DNA from: an uncultured Alphaproteobacteria bacterium
Lineage (GTDB): Bacteria; Pseudomonadota; Alphaproteobacteria; Rhizobiales; Beijerinckiaceae
DNA length: 64,000 nt
Reading direction: 5' to 3'
Assembly (NCBI GenBank): GCA_963783175.1
Contig: CAWANG010000035.1
Coordinates: forward strand, 62,772-126,771
In this document: one piece after another, positions 8,874 through 19,431 of the stretch
Layout of the letters: each line of letters begins with the position of its first letter
How positions within the stretch are numbered: position 1 is the stretch's first letter
Notes under the pieces: model-generated
Database searches by the model: none
The model's input: the letters and a program-made list of their open reading frames with translations, nothing else
What the model was told of the DNA's origin: nothing
Translations under genes and position numbers: made by a program

Positions 8874-9779
8874 TCAGCGAGCCGGCAATGCGGCCGGCGA
8901 ATGGCTTCTCGGCGCTTGCGCCTTGGCGACGCCGGCCTTCACCGCCTCCTGCACCTTTTCGAACGCGCGCACCTCGATCTGCCGCACGCGCTCGCGCGAC
9001 ACGCCAAATTCGGCCGACAGCTCCTCGAGCGTAATCGGCTCCTCGGCGAGCCGCCGGGCCTCGAAAATGCGCCGCTCGCGCGGGTTGAGGACGGTCAACG
9101 CGCTGCGCAGCGCGCCCATGCGGGCGTCCGATTCCTCGCGGTCGGCAAGTTGAGATTCCTGATCGGCGCTTTCATCGACGAGCCAGTCCTGCCACTCGCC
9201 TTCGCCGCCGTCGCGCAGCGGCGCATTGAGCGAGGCGTCGCCGCCGAGGCGCCGGTTCATGTCAATGACGTCCTGCTTGCCGACGCCAAGCCGCTTCGAG
9301 ATCGATTCGACCTGATCGTCGCGCATGTCGCCTTCCTCGAGCGCCGAAATCCGGCTCTTGGCCTTGCGCAAATTGAAGAACAGCTTCTTCTGGCTGGCCG
9401 TGGTGCCCATCTTCACCAGCGACCACGAGCGCAGGATGTATTCCTGGATTGACGCGCGAATCCACCACATGGCGTAAGTCGCGAGCTTGAAGCCCTTGTC
9501 CGGCTCGAAGCGCTTGACCGCCTGCATCAGGCCGACGTTGCCCTCGGAAATCACCTCGCCGATCGGCAGACCGTAGCCGCGATAGCCCATGGCGATCTTG
9601 GCCACCAGCCGCAAATGCGAGGTGACGAGCTTGTGCGCAGCCTCGCGATCGCCGTGCTCGCGCCAGCGCTTGGCGAGCATGTATTCCTCTTGCGGCTCCA
9701 GCATCGGGAACCGCTTGATCTCTTGCAAATAGCGAGCAAGTCCCGATTCGCCCGCAATGATGGGAAGCGATGCGGCCAT
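8874..9779 (-). CDS. rpoH: RNA polymerase sigma-32 factor
   Basis: RpoH box QKKLFFNLRKAK, region 2 LVTSHLRLVAKIAMGYRGYGL, region 4 GVSRERVRQIE. Confidence 0.97.
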   Translation of the reverse strand: MAASLPIIAGESGLARYLQEIKRFPMLEPQEEYMLAKRWREHGDREAAHKLVTSHLRLVAKIAMGYRGYGLPIGEVISEGNVGLMQAVKRFEPDKGFKLATYAMWWIRASIQEYILRSWSLVKMGTTASQKKLFFNLRKAKSRISALEEGDMRDDQVESISKRLGVGKQDVIDMNRRLGGDASLNAPLRDGGEGEWQDWLVDESADQESQLADREESDARMGALRSALTVLNPRERRIFEARRLAEEPITLEELSAEFGVSRERVRQIEVRAFEKVQEAVKAGVAKAQAPRSHSPAALPAR

Positions 9780-9943
9780 GTTTTCCTCTGATGGGAGCCC
9801 GGTTCCATGCCGTCTCCGTCGGCGCTATGGCCGGATGGACATATTGTGGTCGAGCAAGCGTGGCCGAATAAGGGCCGAGCCTAGTCAGCTATTCGCAGCC
9901 AATATGAAATTGTTTCAGCGGCGCGGAGGCCGAACAAAGGGCG

Positions 9944-11032
9944 TCAGACTGCCGACGCGGCTCGTAACGCATTGAGCAGATGCGAAAAATCTTCCGGCGG
10001 CGAACTCTCGAAGCGGAGTTTCTCGCCAGTGGCCGGATGTTCGAAACCCAATACCGAAGCATGCAAAGCTTGGCGGCCGAGTTCGGCCAGCGCGGCCTTG
10101 GCGGCCTCGCCGAGACGGGCCGCCTTGGTCTTGAACCCCGCGCCGTAGACCGAATCACCCAGGAGCGGATGACCGCTCGAGGCCATGTGGACGCGAATCT
10201 GATGGGTCCGTCCGGTCTCGAGCCGGCAGGCGATGAGGCTCGCCGAACCGAAAGCCTCCTTAAGCCGCCAATGGGTCGTGGCCTGGCGGCCGCGCTCCTC
10301 GGCGATCGCCATTTTTTCCCGATGGCGCGGATCACGGCCGATCGGCGCCGCGACCTTCCCGGCGATCGCGTCGAAGCGGCCCCAAACGAGCGCCAAATAT
10401 TCGCGCTCGAGCGAGCCGGTGCGGCCGTGGTCGGCGAAGAGCTCGGAGAGCCCCCGATGCGCCGCATCCGTCTTGGCGACGACGAGCATCCCCGAGGTGT
10501 CCTTGTCGAGCCGATGCACGATTCCCGGCCGCCTGACCCCGCCGACGCCTGAGAGGCTCGCCCCGCAGTGGCGGATCAACGCGTTGACCAGTGTGCCGGC
10601 CGGATGTCCCGGCGCCGGATGGACAACGAGCCCGGCCGGCTTGTCGATCACGATCAGATGCTCGTCCTCGTAAACGACGGCAAGCGGCAGATCTTCGCCG
10701 GCGATCGGCAATTCCTCCGCGGACGGCGCTTCAAAGGCGATGCGCGCGCCCTCGACGAGCCGCAGCGAGGGATCGCGCGCAACCTGCCCGTCGACGCTCA
10801 CTTCGCCGGCCTCGATCAGGGCCTTGAGCCGGGTGCGCGACAGCGCGACGCGGCGCACGGCCGCCGCGCCGCCCAAGAAACGGTCGAGCCGCTCGCCCGC
10901 GCCCGCCGCATCGACGTCGAAGACCTGCGGCCCTGACGGCGCGGCGAGGGGCTGGGGAGCCGTTGCGGGCGGCGGCGCGAGTTCGGGCTCGCCTGCGGCG
11001 CTCCAGGCGCGGCGTTTGGCCTTGGCGTTCAT
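9944..11032 (-). CDS. RluA-family pseudouridine synthase (RluD-like)
   Basis: S4 domain, DKPAGLVVHP, IVHRLDKDTSG, LETGRTHQIRVH. Confidence 0.93.
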   Translation of the reverse strand: MNAKAKRRAWSAAGEPELAPPPATAPQPLAAPSGPQVFDVDAAGAGERLDRFLGGAAAVRRVALSRTRLKALIEAGEVSVDGQVARDPSLRLVEGARIAFEAPSAEELPIAGEDLPLAVVYEDEHLIVIDKPAGLVVHPAPGHPAGTLVNALIRHCGASLSGVGGVRRPGIVHRLDKDTSGMLVVAKTDAAHRGLSELFADHGRTGSLEREYLALVWGRFDAIAGKVAAPIGRDPRHREKMAIAEERGRQATTHWRLKEAFGSASLIACRLETGRTHQIRVHMASSGHPLLGDSVYGAGFKTKAARLGEAAKAALAELGRQALHASVLGFEHPATGEKLRFESSPPEDFSHLLNALRAASAV

Positions 11033-12018
11033 GCCCGCTCCCGCCGGCGCGCCCGTACCGCGGCCTCGGCGGCGGGCGGGGCCACGAGCGCTCCGAGCGC
11101 GGCGACGATCGCCTCCACGTCCGGACGTGGCCTGGCTTCGTGGGCGTCAAGACCGCGCCGCATCGCCGCCACATGGGCCGGCGTGGCGCCGCAACAGCCG
11201 CCGATGATGCTGGCGCCGCAATCGACGGCGAGCCCTGCGTAGGTCGCCATGAGCTCCGGAGTGCCGGAATAGTGGATATGCGCCCCGTGCCATTGCGGCA
11301 CGCCGGCATTGGCCTTGGCAATGAGCGGCGCGCCCGGTCGCGCCGCGCTCATGGCGAGAGTCGCGGCCAAGAGATCGGAGGCGCCGACGCCGCAATTCGC
11401 GCCATAGGCTACCGGCGCCGGCTCGAACGCTTCGACCAGGGCGCCGAACGCGGCGGGCGCGAGGCCCATCATCGTGCGGCCGGCGGTGTCGAAGCTCGCG
11501 GTGATCGTATAGGGGAAGCCGCACTTGGCCGCCGCCCGCGCCGCGGCGCGGATTTCCTCGGCCGCCGACATGGTCTCGATCCAGGCGACGTCGGCGCCGC
11601 CTTCGCGCAGGCCTTCGATCTGTTCGGAGAAGACGTCGACCGCCTCGTCTTCGCTCAACGGTCCGAGCGGAGCGATGAGGTCGCCGGTCGGTCCGACCGA
11701 TCCGGCGACGACGACGGGTCGCCCGGCGCTGTCGGCGACGTTGCGAGCGTTTTGGGCGGCGAGACGGTTGAGTTCGCGCGCCCGGGCCTCGAGGCCGTGC
11801 AGCATCAGTCGGCGACGATTGGCGCCGAAGCTGTTGGTCAGAATGATGTCGGCGCCGGCATCGACGAAAGCCCGATGCAGGGTCTGGGTTCGGTCGGGAT
11901 GGACCGCGTTCCAAAGCTCCGGGCTGTCGCCGGAGGTCAGTCCCATGGCGAAGAGGTTGGTGCCGGTCGCGCCGTCGGCAAGCAGCGGCCGGCCTTCGGT
12001 GAGTAGGGTTTGCAACAT
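11029..12018 (-). CDS. Homocysteine S-methyltransferase family protein (betaine-homocysteine methyltransferase-like)
   Basis: LLADGATGTNL, ILTNSFGAN, GSVGPTG, GANCGVG, IAKANAG, IIGGCCG; start set to ATG 12018. Confidence 0.9.
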   Translation of the reverse strand: MLQTLLTEGRPLLADGATGTNLFAMGLTSGDSPELWNAVHPDRTQTLHRAFVDAGADIILTNSFGANRRRLMLHGLEARARELNRLAAQNARNVADSAGRPVVVAGSVGPTGDLIAPLGPLSEDEAVDVFSEQIEGLREGGADVAWIETMSAAEEIRAAARAAAKCGFPYTITASFDTAGRTMMGLAPAAFGALVEAFEPAPVAYGANCGVGASDLLAATLAMSAARPGAPLIAKANAGVPQWHGAHIHYSGTPELMATYAGLAVDCGASIIGGCCGATPAHVAAMRRGLDAHEARPRPDVEAIVAALGALVAPPAAEAAVRARRRERA

Positions 12019-12097
12019 GTCGGGCTCTCTTGGCGCTTGGCGCGGCGCAACTACCCGCGAGGTAAGCGCCTTTGCGGCTCCGCGCAAGGCGACGAAC

Positions 12098-12757
12098 TCA
12101 AGCGGCGGCCCGGATTGCCTTGATGTTGTCGGAATAGCTCTTGGGATCGCCTTCGAATACGGCCGAGCCCGCAACGAACACGTTCGCGCCGGCCCGCGCC
12201 AGAAGCGGCGCAGTCTCCGCCGCCACGCCGCCATCGACCTCGATCATGATGTTGCGGTCGCCGACCATGCGCTTCACCCGCGCGATCTTGTCGAGCATCG
12301 CCGCAATGAACGCCTGGCCGCCAAAGCCCGGATTGACGGTCATGACGAGGATAGTGTCGAGCCGGTCGAGCACATATTCGATCGCGCTCTCCGGCGTTCC
12401 AGGATTGATCGCTACGCCCGCCTTCTTGCCGAGCCTGCGGATTTCCTGCAGCGAACGGTCGAGATGCTTCGTCGCTTCCGCATGGATCGTGATGTGATCG
12501 GCGCCCGCCTTGGCGAAGGCTTCGAGATAGGGATCGCAAGGTTCGATCATCAGGTGGCAGTCGAAGGGCTTGTTGGTATGCGGCCGCAATGCCGCAACAA
12601 CCGGCGGGCCGAAGGTGATGTTGGGGACGAAATGGCCGTCCATCACATCGAGATGGATCCAGTCGGCGCCGGCCTCGGCGACCGCGCGCACCTCCTCGCC
12701 GAGCCTGGCGAAATCCGCCGACAGAATTGACGGCGCCATGATCACCGCGTTGGTCAT
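12098..12757 (-). CDS. rpe: Ribulose-phosphate 3-epimerase
   Basis: [36 protein letters not shown]; RBS AAGGAG before ATG 12757. Confidence 0.95.
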   Translation of the reverse strand: MTNAVIMAPSILSADFARLGEEVRAVAEAGADWIHLDVMDGHFVPNITFGPPVVAALRPHTNKPFDCHLMIEPCDPYLEAFAKAGADHITIHAEATKHLDRSLQEIRRLGKKAGVAINPGTPESAIEYVLDRLDTILVMTVNPGFGGQAFIAAMLDKIARVKRMVGDRNIMIEVDGGVAAETAPLLARAGANVFVAGSAVFEGDPKSYSDNIKAIRAAA

Positions 12758-12991
12758 GGCGTTCTCCTTTGCGATCAAGCTTGCGGGGCCGATAGCGACT
12801 TCAACCTATCGATGGTCGGCCGTTCGCCTCGAGTCAACGCGGAAGGCGCGGGGTTGTGGTCATTACGGGTCGAGCCCGCTTTCTCTATCTGCATTTGTGA
12901 TATCAATCTAACAACTCGTTCGTAGAGTTTAAATCGGTTGCCTTCGGCCCGGAAGCCGCCTATGGAACGCGCCTTCTCAAGGGAATTCTCG

Positions 12992-13901
12992 ATGGCGAGC
13001 GAATTGCCGGCTCATCTCCGGCGGCTGGAGGCCGAGTCGATTCACATCATGCGGGAAGTCGTCGCCGAAATGCGCAATCCCGTCATGCTGTATTCGATCG
13101 GCAAGGACTTCGAGCGTGATGCTCCACGTGGCGATGAAGGCGTTCCATCCCGCCAAGCCGCCGTTCCCGCTGCTCCACGTTGACACGACGTGGAAGTTCC
13201 GCGAGATGATCGCATTCCGCGACGAAACGGCGCGCCGGCTCGGCCTCGATCTCATCGTCCACATCAACGAGGACGGGGTCAGGCGCGGCATATCGCCGAT
13301 CGCCTCGGGCTCGCAACTCCACACCCAAGTGATGAAGACCGAAGCGCTGCGGCAAGCGCTCGACCGCGGGCGGTTCGACGCCGCGTTCGGCGGCGCGCGG
13401 CGGGACGAGGAGAAGAGCCGCGCCAAGGAGCGCATCTTCTCCCACCGCTCGGCCGCGCATGCGTGGGACCCACGCAACCAGCGCCCCGAACTGTGGCGTC
13501 TCTTCAACACCCGCCTGCGCGAAGGCGAATCGATGCGAGTCTTCCCGCTCTCGAACTGGACCGAGCTCGACATCTGGGAATATGTGCTGGCCGAGGCCAT
13601 TCCGGTCGTGCCGCTCTATTTCTCCAAGCTTCGCCCGGTGGTCGAGCGCGCGGGCGCGCTCATCATGGTCGACGACGAACGGCTGCCGCTCATGCCGGGC
13701 GAACAGCCGGCAATGCGGCGGGTGCGCTTCCGCACCCTCGGCTGCTATCCGCTTTCGGCAGCAATCGAGTCGGAGGCCGACACCCTCCACGACATCGTCG
13801 CCGAAATGCGCAAGACCACCACGTCCGAGCGTCAAGGGCGCCTCATCGATTCAGACGAAGCCTCGTCGATGGAAAAGAAGAAGCGCGAAGGGTACTTCTG
13901 A
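12992..13901 (+). CDS. cysD: Sulfate adenylyltransferase subunit 2, interrupted by a +1 frameshift near 13109 (probable sequence error)
   Basis: [22 protein letters not shown]...YSIGKD then frame switch to SVMLH...[16 protein letters not shown]...RFRTLGCYP; removing one T from GACTTCG restores GKDSSVM. Confidence 0.92.
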
Positions 13902-15772
13902 TGGCCATCGCTGAGACAGAGGCGACCCTCCCGACCCTGCGTCTCCTGACCTGCGGGTCGGTCGACGACGGCAAGTCGACGCTGATCGGGCGATTGCTGT
14001 ACGAGAAGAAGCTGATCTTCGACGACCAGCTCTCGGCGCTCGAACGCGACTCGAAGAAATTCGGCACGACCGGGGACAGCGTCGACTACGCGCTCCTGGT
14101 CGACGGGCTCGAAGCCGAGCGCGAGCAGGGCATCACCATCGACGTCGCATATCGCTACTTCGCCACCGCCCGGCGCTCGTTCATCGTCGCCGATGCGCCC
14201 GGCCACGAGCAATATACCCGCAACATGGCGACCGGCGCGTCCAACGCCGATCTCGCGATCGTGCTTGTCGACGCGCGCAAGGGGCTGCTCACCCAGACCC
14301 ATCGCCATTCGATCATCGTGTCGCTGCTTGGCGTGCGCGACGTCGTGCTCGCGGTCAACAAGATCGATCTCGTCGACTTCAGCGAGACGGCGTTTCGCCG
14401 GATCGAGGCCGACTACCGCAAGTTCGCCGAGACGCTCAGCTTCCGCTCGCTTATCGCGCTGCCGATCTCTGCCCGTTACGGCGACAATGTCTCCTCTTTG
14501 AGCCGGCGCACGTCGTGGTACGAAGGGCCGCATCTGCTCGATCATCTCGAGCGAATCGAGGTCGAGGAGGATCGCCGCAGCGCGCCGTTTCGCCTGCCGG
14601 TGCAATGGATCAACCGCCCGCATCATGATTTTCGCGGCTTCGCCGGCACGATTCCAAGCGGACGGGTGGCGCGGGGCGACGCGATCGTGGCCGCCAATTC
14701 CGGCCTCCGGAGCACTGTCGCAAGCCTCCTCGTCGGCGATCGCGAGGTCGAGGCCGCCGAGGCCGGCGACGCGGTCACGCTCACTCTCGCCGACGAGATC
14801 GACATCGCCAGGGGCGACGTGCTGTCGAAGCCTGAGAGCCGCCCGGAGGTCGCCGATCAGTTCACAGCGCACATGATCTGGATGAGCGCCGAACCGATGC
14901 TGCCCGGCCGATCCTACCTGCTCAAGATCGGCGGGCGGACGACGCCCGCTTCGGTTACCGAGCTCAAGCACCGCCTCGATGTCAACAATTTCGACAAGCT
15001 CGCGGCCAAGCATCTCGATCTCAACGAGGTCGGCTTCTGCAACGTCGCGACCACCATGCCGGTCGCCTTCGATCCTTACTGCGACAATCGCGTGACCGGC
15101 GCCTTCATTCTCATCGATCGCGCGACCAATGAGACCGCGGCGGCGGGGATGATCGCCCATGGGCTCAGGCGCGCGACCAACGTGCACCGGCATGGCGCGA
15201 GTGTCGGGCGCGAGGCGCATGCGGCGCAAATGCATCAGAAGCCGGCCATCCTGTGGTTCACCGGGCTCTCGGGGGCGGGAAAATCGACAATCGCCAATCT
15301 GGTCGAGGTCAAGCTTCATGCGCGCGGCGTCCATACCGCGCTCCTCGACGGCGACAACGTCCGCCACGGCCTCAACAAGGACTTGGGCTTCACCGCCGCC
15401 GACCGGGTCGAGAACATCCGCCGGGTCGGCGAGGTCGCGAGGCTGATGACCGACGCCGGGCTCATCGTGCTCTGCTCGTTCATTTCGCCGTTCCGGGCGG
15501 AGCGGCGGCTCGTCCGCGACACCGCGGCTCGGGATGAGTTTCTCGAGGTTTTCGTCGAGGCGCCGCTTGAGACCGTCATCGCCCGCGATACCAAGGGCCT
15601 GTACCGGCGGGCGCTGGCCGGCGAGATCAAGAACTTCACTGGCGTCGACCAGCCGTACGAGGCGCCCGAGGCGCCAGAACTCATTCTCAATTCAGCCGCC
15701 GAAACGCCGGACGCCCTCGCCGACCGGGTCATCGCCGAGCTTGAACGGCGCGGGCGGATCGCGCGGCTGTGA
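13901..15772 (+). CDS. cysNC: Bifunctional sulfate adenylyltransferase subunit 1 / APS kinase (CysNC/NodQ-type)
   Basis: [34 protein letters not shown], then [12 protein letters not shown] and [10 protein letters not shown]; TGATG overlap with cysD. Confidence 0.95.
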   Translation: MAIAETEATLPTLRLLTCGSVDDGKSTLIGRLLYEKKLIFDDQLSALERDSKKFGTTGDSVDYALLVDGLEAEREQGITIDVAYRYFATARRSFIVADAPGHEQYTRNMATGASNADLAIVLVDARKGLLTQTHRHSIIVSLLGVRDVVLAVNKIDLVDFSETAFRRIEADYRKFAETLSFRSLIALPISARYGDNVSSLSRRTSWYEGPHLLDHLERIEVEEDRRSAPFRLPVQWINRPHHDFRGFAGTIPSGRVARGDAIVAANSGLRSTVASLLVGDREVEAAEAGDAVTLTLADEIDIARGDVLSKPESRPEVADQFTAHMIWMSAEPMLPGRSYLLKIGGRTTPASVTELKHRLDVNNFDKLAAKHLDLNEVGFCNVATTMPVAFDPYCDNRVTGAFILIDRATNETAAAGMIAHGLRRATNVHRHGASVGREAHAAQMHQKPAILWFTGLSGAGKSTIANLVEVKLHARGVHTALLDGDNVRHGLNKDLGFTAADRVENIRRVGEVARLMTDAGLIVLCSFISPFRAERRLVRDTAARDEFLEVFVEAPLETVIARDTKGLYRRALAGEIKNFTGVDQPYEAPEAPELILNSAAETPDALADRVIAELERRGRIARL

Positions 15773-15789
15773 CCCCCGAGCGCCGGCGA

Positions 15790-16038
15790 GGCGGCGCAAC
15801 GATTCCCAAGCCGCGGGCGCCATTATCCAAATTCCCCGCAATGGATTCCAAGGCCAGCGCAACGAAATCCAAATCGAACTTTCTTCCGCGGATTGAGCTT
15901 TTTCAGCGGGTTGCGCCGACACCGGACCCGAAATCCTCACTCCCTCGGCTCCGCCCGCTCAGCCGCCGCGCTGGCGGACGGCAGCCGCTTCTCAGGAGCG
16001 TCGACACTAGCAGAAATTCTGATTTTCTGGAAGAAAAT
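15790..16038 (+). repeat. Dispersed ~250 bp element, copy A
   Basis: ccaa at 15806, 15827, 15848, 15869 (21-bp period); core aaatccaaatcgaactttcttccgcggattgagctttttcagcgggttgcgcc; second block gacactagcagaaattctgattttctggaag at 16003. Confidence 0.85.
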
Positions 16039-16244
16039 GTTGGCGAAACTCACGAGCGGGCCTGGAAGCCGATCCGGCGCTCGCTCGCTGGAAATCGAAA
16101 TCGGTGCGAAATCGGCGCGATTTTCGGGATCGATGACACATGCGTAGATTGCCGGAAGTGTAAAAGGGGCGCAGATTGCGAGCCAAGCCCGAGGCCACCC
16201 GGGCAATGCCGGTCAAAACCAGCAACTCGCCTCGAGGAGGGAAC

Positions 16245-18792
16245 ATGGCGAATCCGCCCCCGCTTCCGCCGATTGTCAGTGGGCCGGTCTACACCACCAG
16301 CAAGCAGGTGCTTGTCGACAGCGTGCTGCCGAACGCGAAGGTGACGGTCTATAACGACTCCGCCAGCACCCACGCGGTAGGAATGGCGACATCAACGAGT
16401 CCCGGCGCGATCTGGGTTCCATTGACCGGAACCATCGCGCATGGGCAACCGATCACCGCGCGCCAGCAATACACGGGTTCGGACCCGAAGATCTTGGTGA
16501 CCGGCCTGAGCCCTCCTTCCACCTTGCCCGTTCCGGTTTTACTGCCGCCCACGCCGCTGCCCGCTCCCATTTTCGCCTCCGGATTATGCACGTGCATGGA
16601 CTGGGTCTACATCGACGGATTGATCTCCGGGGCGACGCTGACCATCACGATGGGGGCGACCACCATGGTCGCCGCTGCGCTCGTGACCCAGACGCCCCAA
16701 TGGTTCCAACTCGCCGCGCATACGATCCCTTCGGGTTCGGTGCTGACGGCCCAACAGAATATCGGCTCCGCGACGAGTTCCTGCCGCGCAAAGCAGTCCG
16801 ATCCCGGTGGCGCCCGCTCTCGGCACGCCGGCGATCGCACCGACGCCCATCGACTGCGACACGAGCATGAACATCTCCAGCGTGCAGCCTGGCGCAGACC
16901 TCAAGATTATCAATGGCGCCAACCAGTATTCAGCCACCAATCCATCGAGCTCCTATAATCTATACGATTTGTCTCCGCCTTTACTGCCCGGACCGTCGTC
17001 CGTGGAACAGTATTTCCCGAGGTGCAAAGAGCAGCAACCGAAAACTTTATCATTCACCGTCAAGAAACACGCGCCGCCAACGCCGCAGGTCACATACAGC
17101 CCATGCTCCGACGTCAACATTTTAATTGTTTCCGACTTCGTCACGGGCGAAATCTTCACGATCGAAGTGGCCTACAGCACGACGGCGGGGCCGCAAAAGA
17201 AATCTCTTGGATCGTCCGGCGTATCCAGCTCGGGCCAAATCGGCTTGCCGAAAAATTGGTACCCTTCGGGGGCGGTCGGCCCGGTTTCGCTTTTGATCGA
17301 AGGACTGCTTTGCGACCTTGCGAGCCCGAGCCCGGCCACGGTTCCCGTCGTGCAACCCCCGGGTCCTTACCCCGCGCCGACGGTGCAGCGGCCGCTCTAC
17401 GATTGCGCCACCTCGGTGTTTGTCCGGGGAGCGAATCCCGGATGCCTGATTCAAGTGTTCGCCAAGGGTTCGCCGCCGACGCCACGCTCGAACCCGGTGG
17501 TCGCGACGACGGCGAACTTCCCGGTCCGCCTGTTGTGGCCGCTCGTCACCGGAGAACAGATCTTCGTGCAGCAGCTGGGCTGCGGCGCCAGCGCCAAGCC
17601 GGCCGCCGCGGCCAAGGTCCTGGCCCCGCCCGCCCTGCCGCTCCCCACGGTGGCCGGCAGCTATGTGCTGACCACCGCTGCATCGGTCCTGGTGAACAAT
17701 GTCGTACCCGGAGCGCAGGTTGCGCTGTTCGTAAACCATCATGCGCGCAACGCGCCGGTAGACAGCATCGGAGCGGAGACCGGTCCGCCGACAGGGTCGC
17801 CGGCGAGGATTCAAGTGAGCGTGCCGGTGGGATGGCCGCCGCTGGCGGCGGGCGACATCCTCACTGCCGGACAGACGCTCTGCGGCGTGAACGAGTTTCC
17901 CACCGACAAGGGCGGCGTAAAGGCCCAGACGCCGGTCCCCCCTCCAGGCCTGGGCCCGGGGGAGCCCCGCGGGGGCCTTGGCAGCAACAACAACTATTTT
18001 ATGTTCACGCCCCTTGCCAGCGGCGGCTGCGCGAACTTGATAAACGTATCCGTGACGATCGCCGTTACGCAACCCATAGTTTGGGCGTCAACGGGGCCTT
18101 CAACTCCGCCAGGGGCGCCGTTCGCCCCCCCAGGGTTCAGTTTTCAGTTGAATTGTTATTCGCCGACACAAACCTCCTCGAATCCCTTGTATCCTGCTTG
18201 GCAGCAATACATAATAAATCTGTGGTCTGCGCAGCTTTGGGGGGCTATAAATACCTGGCACACTTTTAGCACTCCTGTCATCTTGCCGGGCCCGAACGAA
18301 TACAAGACAACTTTGGGCCCAGCGCTGCCAAGCAACACAATACCCGCCGGCTATACTCTGACGATCAAACTGGGCAACAACTCGAGCGGCAACGTCAACA
18401 GCGTTACTTGGGTTGTGAACGGGGTATCATACACCCCATCGCCGCCCACGATACCAGGGCTGCTAGCGGCGAATGGGTTATCGGCGACCGACGTGGCGCC
18501 AATCGTCGCATTCACACTGGACCTGGTCGGGCCCGTGAACGGAGAGAGCGCGGTGCTCTTATCCGGCGCGGGAACGATTACCTATTCGGCGAAAAGCCCT
18601 CTTACGGTAACGAATCAGGAGCCCACCCAATGCGTGGAGCAGCTGACCGGATTCACCCTGGAAACAGCCACGAGCTCCTATGGCGTTTTGCCGGCGAACC
18701 CCGGCAACCCGTTTTCGCAGTCTTTCGCTGCGAGCGCCACAACGCCGCTGATCCGCGCATTGCGAGGACCTCCTCTCGTTCGAGGGCGATGA
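16245..18792 (+). CDS. Orphan ~848 aa protein: six Ig-like beta-rich repeats plus a C-terminal beta-sandwich domain (possible G1/thermopsin-like peptidase fold); +1 frameshift near 16779
   Basis: Strong RBS GAGGAGG before ATG 16245; ORFs 16176..16958 and 16807..18792 join if one T is removed from AGTTCCT, and the repeat pattern continues across the junction. Confidence 0.75.
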
Positions 18793-18837
18793 GCCAAAGC
18801 TGGATACATGGGATAGGCGCGGTCAACCGGCGCCAAT

Positions 18838-18861
18838 CGTCATTGCGGGGAAATCGGCGAC
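18838..18861. repeat. Left part of a GTCATTGCG-type REP arm
   Basis: cgtcattgcggggaaatcggcgac; first 10 nt are the exact inverse of cgcaatgacg at 20845-20854. Confidence 0.4.
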
Positions 18862-18943
18862 ACATGCGCTTTATTCCCGCCGGTCAGGCGCGCGCTCGAG
18901 GGCCAAGGGCTGGCGTAGGCGAGGGCGCCTCTCCGCCGCCAGC

Positions 18944-19185
18944 CCGCGCAGCAATATCAAAATCGGCCGCGACAATTTCCAAACCCGCCGCAACAGAATC
19001 AAAGGCCGGCGGAACAAAATCCAAATCGGACTTTCTTCCGCGGATTGAGCTTTTTCAGCGGGTTGTGCCCGATTCCGGCCCAGAAATCCTTTTCTCCCCC
19101 GCCTGAGCCCGCTGCCCGCCGCAAGGCCCGGACCATTTCTCAATAGCGGCGACAATAGCACGGATTCTGATTTCCAGGAACAAAT
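18944..19185 (+). repeat. Dispersed ~250 bp element, copy B
   Basis: 21-bp units start at 18952, 18973, 18994, 19015; core aaatccaaatcggactttcttccgcggattgagctttttcagcgggttgtgcc nearly identical to copy A; second block gacaatagcacggattctgatttccaggaa at 19151. Confidence 0.85.
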
Positions 19186-19208
19186 TTGTCCAAGAACTTT
19201 GGCGAGGA

Positions 19209-19430
19209 ATGGCCAACAGCCCCGTTGTTATCCTCGGTCAGCTGCTCCCGCCGGGTGCAGCGGTGGTCTGTGAAGCCGAGCCCCGCAAAGCCGGTGAGCG
19301 ACAACGCCAGACGCGGCGGTTTCGGCTTGGCTTTGCCGTCGGACTGGCGCAGTCTGTCGGTCCAACCGGCGGCCATTTTGTGAATGTCGGTCGAAAGATT
19401 ACCGCAAAGTTTTTTGGGGAGGAGCGTTGA
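19209..19430 (+). CDS. Possible small hypothetical protein (73 aa)
   Basis: GAGGA immediately upstream of the ATG; stop lies 1 nt before the next ATG; no recognisable motif. Confidence 0.25.
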   Translation: MANSPVVILGQLLPPGAAVVCEAEPRKAGERQRQTRRFRLGFAVGLAQSVGPTGGHFVNVGRKITAKFFGEER

Positions 19431-19431
19431 C

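Noticed and set aside
12992-15772. cysD/cysNC as a NodPQ-like PAPS supply for glycan sulfation
   Set aside because: No sulfotransferase or nod genes in the window; ordinary sulfate activation explains them.
7166-19040. 21-bp periodic units read as a CRISPR or mini-array
   Set aside because: Units are degenerate and contiguous, have no unique spacers of 26-40 nt, and no cas gene is in the window.
7167-19106. ORFs with 7-residue periodicity crossing the element (MDSLPLDLDSLP..., ...SKSNFLPRIELFQRV..., ...SKSDFLPRIELFQRV...)
   Set aside because: They follow automatically from a 21-nt repeat and a near-identical DNA core; there is no shared start or RBS, and copy C shifts frame.
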